Positions 35,086 to 47,000 of a stretch of DNA of 61,116 nt are shown here, piece by piece; positions within the stretch are counted from its first letter, which is position 1; the number at the start of each line of letters is the position of its first letter. The translations under genes were made by a program, and so were the position numbers. Below the pieces are notes generated by a model. It did no database searches, was not told the origin of the DNA, and saw only the letters and a list, made by a program, of their open reading frames with translations. The stretch is taken from assembly GCA_963634425.1 (NCBI GenBank), contig CAVHCL010000128.1:8751-69866 (forward strand), given 5' to 3'. The stretch comes from Bacteroidaceae bacterium (GTDB lineage: Bacteria; Bacteroidota; Bacteroidia; Bacteroidales; Bacteroidaceae).

Positions 35086-38000
35086 ATGCAACGCAAGATA
35101 GTCGGTTTACTGATATTTACAATCCTGTCGCTGCTCTGCCCCCCGGGCGGCGCGGCACAAGAGGTGCGGTACGTGTCGAAGGGAGGAGCCTATTCCAACG
35201 ACGGCAAGTCGTGGGAAAAGGCGAAGTCCAACATACAAGACGCCATCAACGACCTCGTGGACAACGGACTCACGGGCGAGGTGTGGGTGGCTCATGGCAT
35301 CTATACCCCTACGGAGAGCACCGAGTCGACAGGCGGCAGCACCCTCTACATGTCGTTCAAAATACCAGCCGGCATCAGTGTGTACGGCGGCTTCAAAGGT
35401 GACGAGACCTCCAAGGAAGCACGCGAGGAGAACGCCACCAAGTCCTTCGGCAACGTGTACAAGTACTCCACCATACTCAGCGGCGACCTCTCCTCCTCGG
35501 CGGAGTTTACATGGAACACCACCAGGGAACGGTGGGAGACCTCGTTCTACGGCAACTGCTACCACGTGGTGTTCTTCGCCACCAATGGCTTTGACGCCAC
35601 AGGGCGCGCCAAGCCCAACGGCGGAGGCAAGCAGTCGGCACTGCTTGAGGGCTGTGTCATAGAGCACGGTAACGCTTACAACTCCGACCTGTCTGGCCGG
35701 CCGCACAACGCCTACGGAGGCGGAGTGTATATGGTGGAAGGCTCGTGCCTGAAGAACTGTCTGGTGCGGCAGTGCGTGTCGTACCGCGACGGCGGAGGCG
35801 TCTATATGGACGGCGGAGGCTACATAGAGCATACTGCCGTGATGGACTGCCAGACTGTGGGCATAGGCATCTCCTACGGTATGGGCGGCGGAGTGTGCAT
35901 GGACGGACCCGACACTTACAGTGCGTCCTACACACCCATGGTTATGCGTCGCTCGGGAGTCTTCGGATGCGTGGGACGCATGGGCGGCGGAGTGGCGATA
36001 GTAGCCAACGACACCGACGGCGACAACAAGTACAAGATAGCGTGCAGTGCCGTAGTGGTGGCAAACAACACTGCCACCAACGAAGCCGGAGGCATATACA
36101 TGAACAGCGGCGGTGTCATAACGCAGGCAACAGTCGTCAACAACAAATGCAACGGTGCGGGCATCATAACCAACGGCATAGCCAACGGACGCTCTGCCGG
36201 CGTATACTGCCGCAACAACGCCATAGTGTCCAACTCCGTGCTGTGGGGAGGTGTGTGCAGTGCCAACAACGACATACAGTATGCCACCTCGCGCTCGGGC
36301 AGCGGCACAGAACTCAGCCCCAACATCATGTACACCTCGCTCAGCCAGTCGGACTACACGGACTGGAGCGGAGTGATAAAGGACAACGTGACGAAGCTGT
36401 CGAAGTACAACAGCAGTGCCGACGGTACCGCATACGCCTCCGAGGGTTATCCGTTGTTCTCCAACCCCACGCCCAACGCCGGTTATGTAAGCTCCGCACA
36501 GAGAACGCAGTTCATCTACGACGGTACAAGCAGCATAGCCGACGGAGTAACCCTCTACGACAACATGGGAGTGGAGGTCAACGCCGACAACATCAAACTC
36601 GGCACTACCTACTATACAGACGTAGCCATGCAGACCGTAGCAGTGGAGGGACGTGACTACACATACCTGGGTGCCGCCTACGACTTCCAGCCGCTGTCAC
36701 GCTCCTCGCTCAACCACCGTGGCGTGCTCACCATCGACCTCGACCGTTACGGACGGACTCCCGCCTATGAGATAGACAAGGACGTGATGGGAAAGAGTTT
36801 TACCCCACGCCCTACCCTCGGTGCGTACCTCACCACCCACACCACCATAGAGCCGCAGACCGTCACCGCCTCGGGAAAGACAACGGTCAACTTCTACGTA
36901 GCCCCCAATGACGACGGCGGCACAGAGTACACCTCCATAGGCTCAAGTTGGAACCAGCCGATACGTTTCTTCTCCGATGCCATGGCGTTCATCAAGGAGC
37001 AGAGCTACCCGTCAGCCACCACCGTCAACGTATATGTGAAAGAGGGAACGGTGAACAATACCAACACCTCCGCCGTAGGACGTATACGCACAACGGACAT
37101 AGGCATACCGGGCAATGTGAACATCTACGGAGGATATTCCTCCGACAACACCGGCACCGACCTTGACAAACGCAGCCCTACCGCCTGCCTTACCATCATC
37201 ACCGGCGACGCACAGGACGACTATGCCCTCAACGTATCCCACCTACTAACGTTCGACGGCACGGAGAACACTGTGCTTGACGGCTTCGCCATACGCAATG
37301 CCAACGCACGCGGCACGGAGAAGATAGAGGGCACACCCGTGACGGTGGGGGCTGCCATGACGTTCAACAACGCCACAGGTGTGAAGATACGCAACTGCAG
37401 CGTGGCTGGACACACCGCCAGCGAGGGTGCCGCCGCCGACATGACGGACTCGGAGGTGTACTTTGAGAACTGCATCTTCCACAACAACGAGAGCCGCACA
37501 CTGGATGCCGACGGCAATGCGGTGTCCAACACCGGCAACATCGTGGTGCGCACAGGTTCCACCGCCAGTTTCTCCCACTGCAACTTCATACGCAACGTGG
37601 GCAACGCCATCGACAGCTACGGCACGGTGAAGGTCGTCAACTCCGTGTTCTACGGCAATATGTCCGAACCGCTCGAAGACACACGCGGCAATGAGGACAA
37701 GGCTCTCACGGCGGTGCGTCTCTTCAACGGAGGCACGTTCACCGGCGACCACAACCTCTTCGACTCCAAATCGGCGGCCTTCATCGCCAACAACAGTCTG
37801 GACGGCACCAACGAGGCTATCCTCACCTACGCCTTCAGCAGCACGTCCACCACATACCCGCGTTTCATGAACCCCACGAAGAACGCCGGGGTCTCCCCAT
37901 CGGGCAATGTCACCTACTATGGGAAGGCGACATCCTTCATGCCGCACAACAACAACCCGATGGTAAACCGTGCCTCCACGGTGGACAGCGACGGCGCAGA

Positions 38001-41000
38001 GACCGACGACCATGCCGAATGGGGCACCGACATGACTGGCACTGTGACCCGCGACTACGGCGGTCTGCCCGACATAGGAGCCATAGAGAACCACGAGAGT
38101 GCCGTCGCCGACGAAGGCGAGAAAGCTTATCCCGACGGACAGAAAGCCTACGGCAAGGTATTGTATGTGCGCAACTACCGCAACGACGACGGCACGGTGG
38201 ACAACAGCACCACCGACCGCGACGGTTATTCATGGAGCAGAGCCATAAACGGCAACGCCACCTACAGCGGAGTGAACGGCTTCCAATATGCCCTCAATAT
38301 GGCAAACACCCTGTGGAATGCCGACCAAACGACACAGCACGAGGTGCACGTGGGCGCGGGCACGTACACCGCCAACCTCACATGGAAGGAAGGCGTGAAT
38401 GTGAAAGGCGGCTATCCTGCTGAAGGCAACCCCGGCGAGAACGAGCGCAGCATCTCCAACACCAAGGCTGAGCACATGACCGTCATCAACGGCAACGGCA
38501 ACGGACGCGTGCTTACGCAATATGCCAATTTCTCCACCGCCGCCGTCTTCGAGGGCTTTACCATACAGGACGGCTACACCACAGGGACTAATTATGGTGC
38601 CGGAGTGTATCTCCTGAGTGGCGGAACGCTGAAGAACTGCCTTGTGCAGAACAATACGTATAGTGCATCTTCAAGAAACACAAATTATTGTCAAGGCGGT
38701 GGAGGCATCTACATGAATGACGGTTCTATTGTCAAGAACTGCAAGATAATGAAGAACTACGTCTATGCCAACAACTACCAGTCATTCTTCGGGGGCGCTG
38801 GTGTGTATGCTGCGGGCGGCACACTCATCAACTCTCTCATTGTGGAGAACACCACAGACAGTCGGAAAAACAATTTGCTCGGTGCCGGTTTGTACATATA
38901 TCAGACCTCCAGCCTTTACAACTGCACCATTGCTTATAATGTGGCTGTAAGTGCGGGGCCGGATGGCGACTATGCCGCTACAGGCGGCGTGTGGGATGCG
39001 GCAGCAAAACATCAAGGTGGTGGAAAATACATCAATCAGTCTCGTTTCTACAACTGCATTATTTGGGGTAACTATGCCAATGGTAGAACAGCAGAGAACC
39101 TGATACAGGTCGGTATGTCCGGTTTCAGTGACCAAGCCGGAAATACAAATGATGCCTTTCATACATGTTACAGTTCGGCATGGTCAAAGACGTATGCTTC
39201 TGACGATGCTTCCGATGTCAACAAAGTGATGATTGTTGGCACGGGTACAGGTTCCGCTTCCAATTATCTTGCGTTCTATAACAACAGCAAAGCCAACGAG
39301 CCTTTCGTTCGCGATGACTACGACAATACAGACTACTCGCTGAAAGCCACCGCCACACAGTGTATCAACAAGGGATCGGAATACCAGGAGCTCACCAACC
39401 TTGACATCACAGTTGACATCAACGGCGAAGAACGCATACAGGACTGCACCATAGACAAGGGTGCATACGAGTACAACCAGTCGCTCGACATCAACCCTGA
39501 GATAATCACCACTACTGGCTCTACGAATAACAAACGTGTCTTTTACGTCACCCCCGACGGTCGTGGCACGGCATCTGCCGACAGTCCCGCCAACGCCGCC
39601 TGCGCCTCTAAGCTTCAGAAGGTGCTCGATGCAGCAGGACGCTACAAGTACAACTATCCGTCGGACACCGTCATCGTGAAGGTGGCAAACAGCGCATCCT
39701 TGGCTGCCGCAGGAGAGAATTTCCAGTACTATGCTTGCCGTACCACCGACGAGGGCGACCAAAGCGCACGTGTATGGTCCATCATGGTGCCGCGCGGAGT
39801 GGAGGTGTGGGGCGGATACACCGACACCTATACCTCTGACGACGACAACGGCTTCTACACCAAGGACTCGGCGGGAAACACCGCTGACAACCGCGACATC
39901 ACGGGCAACCCCACATACTTCGATTCCTACTACTACAACAAGAGCGAAAAACAGTACACATACACCTATCACGTGGTGACATTCACCGACCGTGTGTTTG
40001 ACGGCGAGGGCTACCCGTACGAGGAAGGCGACACCATTGGAGAGCCCAGCACATGGAAGGAAGGTGACAAATATATGTCGATGAGTGAGAAAACCGCCGA
40101 CCGCGCCGTCATAGACGGGCTGTTCGTCACCGGAGGCAACGCCGACGCACAAGTGCCGAACTCCGCCAACGCCACAGCCGACATCAACCAGTATGGCGGA
40201 GCCGCCATAGTCACCGACTATGCCCACGTGCGCAACTGCATAGTGCGCGGCAACAATGGCACCTACGGAGGAGCCCTCGCACTCACCCACAACGCCCTCG
40301 TCTCGGGATGTCTCATAGACCAGAACACCGCCGACTACGGCGGTGCGGTATATATGTTTGAGGAGGGCACAACCCTGTCCGACGGAACTGTCGTCGACAC
40401 CAAGTCCTCAGGCACCGCCGTCGACGAGAACATGGCTCATGTCTACACATCCACCATCGTCAACAACACCGCCAACAAACAAGGCGGCGGCATCTGGTTC
40501 GGACAGAGCAGCGACGACATGAACATCCGCGTCAACTCCTCGGTGATTTGGCAGAACAACAGTGTCAACCAAGCTAATGTGTCGGGACTCTACAACGCCA
40601 CCAAGGCCGCCGACGACCCGTTGACGACGATAGAGTTCTACCCCTTCGCCTTCTGTGCCGTGCAGAACCTGCTCGTGCCAGGACTCAACAACATACAGCT
40701 TGGAAACCTCAACTCCTCGGGTGTGCGTTTCGCCGCCAAGGGCAACGCCGATGACGACCACAACACCATTGCCAAGGAAAGCACGGACGACGACACACAC
40801 GGGAAGTACGACGACTTCGGCTACTATGCCCTCACTGACTACTCCTCACTGATACGCAACGGTATGCCCAGCGAGCAGTACTCCGCATTGGTGACAAGTG
40901 CTGGTCTGTCGGCATTCGACTTCGCCGCCGAAGACCGCCTCGTGTCCACAGGGAGAAACCGCACCAGCATAGAGATGGGAGCGCGTGCCTTGGACAAGAT

Positions 41001-44000
41001 ACTGGACAGCCGACAACTGATGCTGCGTATCTTCGTGGCAAGATCGGAAGACATTAACATGGATGCCGCACAGACCATGATGAATCTTGCCGCCACGGCG
41101 GCCGAAGGCAGTGACGAGGAGTACTACAGCCAGGAGGGCTCATCGTTCGCCTTCCCCATGCAGAGCCTGCAGGACGCACTTGACTACATAATAGAGGCGC
41201 GCTCGCTCAACGGGGTGAAGACGGGGCTCAACCAAGAGGGCTCCAACAACCTGCCCTTTGAGATATGCCTCGGCAGGGGCACATATTATCCCAGGCACAA
41301 CATAGACAACGTACACATCAACTCCTCGGGAAACAGTTTTGCCATACCCGAGGGCGTGAGCGTGTACGGAGGCTTCGCCATAGACAACCCCGACAGGGAG
41401 AAGTCTTACTTCGGCAGATACTACAAGGAAGGCGACAACCCCGCCGGCTATACCAATGTCCTGTCCGACAACGTCAAGTCGGTGGTAGAGACAGACAACG
41501 ACACCTTAGTGAGCATAGGAGGCAGTGACGGCTACGCCATAGACCAGCTGCCCATAAGCAAGTTGAAGCCACGCCGCCGGACGCTGGACAACAACGGCAA
41601 CAACATCATAGAGCCGTGGGAGTTCGAGAATCAGACCATACTCTCGGGCGACGTGAGCTACCAAGCCGCCAACGGAAGCTATCATGTGGTGACGCTCGTC
41701 GCCGACCAGAACGTGACGGGCATGCTGCCCAAGGCCGCCGAACCGACAAGCGACGCTTTGGATTACAGCGTCTACACGACAGCCAACGGCGAAGGCTCCT
41801 ACGCCTATGAGCAGGGGCAGGACATAGTGCTTGACGGACTGCAGATAGTAAGCGGCCATGCCTTACACTATACCGAAGGCTCCACCGACTATACGAACAT
41901 GTACAACCACTACCTCGGCGGCGGAATCTTCGTCAACGGCAACCGCTACTGCGACGACTACAACAAGAAAACTTCACTCGCCGCCGAAGGGTTCGGCACC
42001 ATAGAATACAAGCACAGCGGCATAAGCGAATCTGTGGGCTACCGCAACATACCCCTTATCATTGCCAACTGCAAGTTCACCAACAATACGGCAGGAGGTG
42101 GAGGCGCGCTCTGCTCCAACGGTCTGGTGAACATATACAGCAGCGTATTCGAACAGAACCGCTCTGTCAGCGGCTGTGAGACGCTGCTTGACATTAACGG
42201 CGACGAGAAGGAAGTGGCATACGCCGGCATAGGCGGAGCAGTGCTCGCCACATACCAGCTGAGAGTCTACAACACGCTGTTCGCCAACAATGAGGCGTAC
42301 GACGAGAGATTGAACGAGAAGCCTACCGAGTTCAAGAGGATGCTGGCCGACGAGACACGCTCACTTTTAGGCGGCGCGGGCGGTGCGGTGTATGTGGGAC
42401 GCTTTGGCTTCTTCCACATCCTCAACTGCGACTTTGTGCGCAACCGTGCCAACGCATACCCCGTGATGTTTACCATGAACCCCAACCGCGACTTCACAGA
42501 CGGACGCAACGGCGGCATAGGAGAGGGCAACCCTCTGCGTCCCACCACGACATACTACAACCAGTTTGTAAACACCCTGTTCTGGGGCAACGACATCAAC
42601 GACGAGATGAGCAAGAAATACGACAGTGTCAACCCGCTGTTCAAGTTCAACTCGCGTCTCTTCTGCAACTACGCTCCCGGCGAGTTCTCCGGCATCTACT
42701 CCGCTCCCGACTTCACCGACGACACCAAGATACCCTCCGACCTGACGGCTCTCGACGGCAACAGCACATCACGGCACTCCGACTTCGGCGAGACGGCATG
42801 GTACTGCGCTTATGAGTACGGGCGCGGTACGACACCGCACAACATCACGGACATGAGAAACCTTGGATTCCTCCCGCACGTTTACGCCCGCGACATGATA
42901 CACTCCGAAGGCGAGAAGAAAGGGGCGGACACCTACCAGAACTGCAACATACGCCTCAGCTCGGAGAACTCTGACCTCGAAGGTCCCAACTTCGTGAACC
43001 CGTCGCTGACTGCGGGCTACGACGGTTACTACGAGTCCGCCGACTGGAGTCCGGCACGCCTCTCCAACCTCGTGGACAACGGAGCTGGAAAGATAGCCCA
43101 AGAGATTACCCTCGAGAATGAGGTCTATAAGACTTCGTTCAAGGAGTACACGTCTGAAAACATCCCCTCACGCTCTATATATTACAATAATGGTAATGCC
43201 GACGGCTACACCACCGAGACCGTAGGCGACTACGACACCGAGGGAGTCTACACCACCACACGTGTGCTGAACACCTACGACAGAAACCGCACGTATCTGC
43301 CAGTGGGTGAGATGACGTATATGGAAAGCTCAGCCACGGGACAAGCCCTGTACCGCATCTCGTACGACCCAAACCCCACACACAACCAGACATACATAGA
43401 CATAGGCGTGTACGAGTATCCGCACACCGAGCTGCAGTATACCACTACCGGTGACGAGGTGGACATCCTTTGGGTGTCGCCGTTTGAGAAACCCGACAAC
43501 GGTCTGCCCAACGGCAGCGCATGGAGCCAGCCCACCAGCGACCTACAGCGTGCCATAGAGACACTGCTCGCCAGCCGCAACGGCCACCGCAAGGAGATAC
43601 GCCTGATGGACGGGCCGTTCACTCCCATCTACAACATAGAGGACAAATTGGCGTTCACCATTGACACCAAAGCCATCAACGAGTCGGTGACCATGCCAGT
43701 GAAGGCGTACGAAGAGGATGGTAAAACAGTGAAAGAATATGACACAGGCAAGGGCGTGGTGTCCCTCACCATAAAAGGCGGGTACAGCCGTGAACTCAAC
43801 AACGTGTACAACCCTTTGGAGTATCCCGCCGTCATACGCCAACAGGCACGATCCCATGCTACATCCGACAGGTGGAACTACCTCTTCTATATCCACGACG
43901 GCACCCAGCGCTACGGCTACAACACATACAACGAGGCGAACGGCTACGGCAACTACGCCGACAGCGACGGCGAAGGTTACAGCAAGACCGTGAACACCAT

Positions 44001-47000
44001 ACCGCTGCACATCGACGGTGTGACACTCGTCAACAACCAGGCCAACAAGGATGTCAACGGTGCCGCCATCTTCTACGGTGACCTTGCCGACGACATCACG
44101 GCTTCCACACCAGCCCACGTCTCGATAAACACCTATTACACTGACGCGGAAAAGTCCGAAGAGTCCGAGGAGCCTACACGCTACTACAACCGCACCGTGG
44201 ACAAGTACTACACCGATGCCACGTACCAGGTGGTGTCGGAGACGGAGACACCGTTTGTCTCTTACAAGTATGCGGAGACCACTGCCAACAAGATTGTCAT
44301 CAGCAAGAGCAAGATAATGAACAGCGGTTCCTATGCCGACGACGACCACTCCACCTGCGCCGTGTACATAGGAAAGAACGGAGGCAATGCGTTGCTCTAC
44401 AACAACGTGATGCACAGCAATACAGGCAATCCGCTTGTCTCGGCAGTGCCCACCACCATCGTCAACAACACATATGCCCTCAACAAGGGACGCGTAGACC
44501 TCAACGGCGAGAACACCAGAGTGTCGTCGCTCGTCATCAACCAAGACGACAACGACGGCAACTACGACCCCGACGGACCTATGCTTGCGCCTCACCACCA
44601 GCGGCGCGCCCCATCGGCTGCCACTGGCTCGGCAATATTCAACAGCGTGTTCTGGCGCAACAACAACGACGGTGTGCAGTTTGTACTGCCAGGGTTCGTC
44701 AGCGCACAGAAGTCGGGCTCCATATTCTCGCACAATGCCGTTACGGGGTACAGCACCGATGTGAGCGACTACTCCCTACCCGACATACCCGACCAGAACT
44801 ACAACGTGGGACTCTCTGACGAGAACAGCGACATCATCAACGGTCCCAACTTCGCAGACCCTAAACAGGAAGCCACGCTGGCAGACGACATAGAGTTGCG
44901 CAACTTCACTCTGCTGCCCTCACTGCGTCTGCTCAACAAAGGCAACAACACCCTCTACAACGACAACGTTATCAAGAACCCCGACACGTATAATATATAC
45001 GACCTGGCGTGGATGACCACCACACGCACCGATGCCGGCGGCGAGCAACGCTTCGTGTACGACATAGACCTCGGTGCATATGAATATCAGAACAACCTCA
45101 ACCGCATCATCTACGTCAACCCCAACGTGAGTGCCACGGGACTGGGCAACTCGTGGGCCGACCCTGTGGCTTACGGCAACCTGCAGGCAGCCATAGACCT
45201 TGCCGCGGTGTATCATGTGAACAACGTAGACGAAGAGGCGTACGTGTTCGTCAAGGGAGCCGGCACAAGCTCCGCCGGACTGCACCTCGGCGAGTCGGTA
45301 ATCATGCGCGACGGCGTGAGCGTGTACGGAAGCATACTCCCCACACGCACGGAGGACTGCCCATACACCACAACCTCCAGCAACGGCATACGTGAATATG
45401 CGCAGACCGAAATAGACAAGTACGTGGCAACCGTCACCGCCGAGCGCGGAGGACTTGCCGACCCCACCGCCGGCACCACCACCGTCAGCGGTATCAAGAC
45501 TCCCAGCTCCACGACGTTCAACAACACCAACGCCGAGATAGTGTCCGTAGTCGACGGCTTTGCCGTCACTGCCACCAACAGAAAGAACCCCTCGGGCACT
45601 GTCGCACAACCGGTAATAAACGTGCAGCCGTTTAACTCCGACGGACGCGTGGCTCTGCGCAACATCATAGTACACGGCAACGACTTGTCCGCCCAACGGC
45701 TCACCGACCTCGCCACAGTGGACAATGCCCTCATATATGAAGCCCTGTTCCGCGACAACAAGGTGGACGACACTGGATGCCATCTGCGCATCGGGCGCAA
45801 CGGCTATGGGGTGAACCTCACCGTAGAGGGCAGAACAGTGGGAGCAGACGGGAATGTCACCTACAACGGTACCGACAGCAAGGACGGAGACCATATCTTC
45901 AACTCGCTCGTCAACTATACCGGACACCCTGCCACAGAAAACACCCTCTCGGGCTATAATTACAAGGTGAGCGCCCCCAACCTCAACTACCAGCTCACAG
46001 AGATGTCAACACACATAGACCAGTGCGAAGCAGTCAACCCGATGAAGGATGTGCCGACACTGAAGCAGTTCATCAACTACGACACCGACCGCGACCTCCT
46101 TGGCAACCTGCGTCTGCTCAGGGGCGTGAGCACCGAAGACAAGGTAGACCGCGGTGCATTCGAGACATGGCGTGTGGACCAGGACGTTGTCTGCACGTCG
46201 AAGGATGCTGACGGCAACCTCACCAACTACTACCCACACGTCGGTTCGGTAGTCTACATCATGCAGGGCAACAGCCTTGTGATGGAGCAGTATGAGACCC
46301 AAGCCGCCGAAGGAGTGACAACGCAGACCTCTGGCACCGCCTTGCGCCCTGCCTATCTGCTCGTACAGGACGGCGCGTCGCTCTACGGCAACGGCAACGC
46401 CGTCAGCGTGAGCTATGTGGGAGTGGAGCGGGAGACGAGCAAAGACGGCTCCATGGTGAGTCTGCCTTACGCCATGCAGTATGGGGGGACGGACATCGCC
46501 TCCAACGGTACGGGAGCTCCGGCATACTCTGCCGACGGCGTGCTGACACTCTCCGCCGACAAGGCCGGGACATATTCCTACAACGGCGTGGGACGCTCGG
46601 CATGGAACTCCACATTCTACAACACGGCTTCGCCGCAGTGGACAGAACTCACCGACGTGACGACCGACTCCAACAAAGGCATACTCTACAAATCTGCCGC
46701 CGACAAGCTCTACCGTTTCACTGCACAGGGCGATGCCGACAACATGGACTCCTATGTGTACACCGAGACTGCAGGCGAGATAAGCAAGACGGTGGAACTG
46801 CAGCAGTACGACGACCGTGTCTCCACCGACGGCGCTGCGGACTTCACGGAGAAGGAGGACATGGGATGGAACTGCATCGGTCTGCCTTGGCTCGTGAGTG
46901 ACTATGACACATCAGCGAAGGAGACTCTCAGCGGTGACAGCCACTACAACATGGACATACCTCACACCCTGTGGCTGTGGTATGACGGCAAGACATATCT

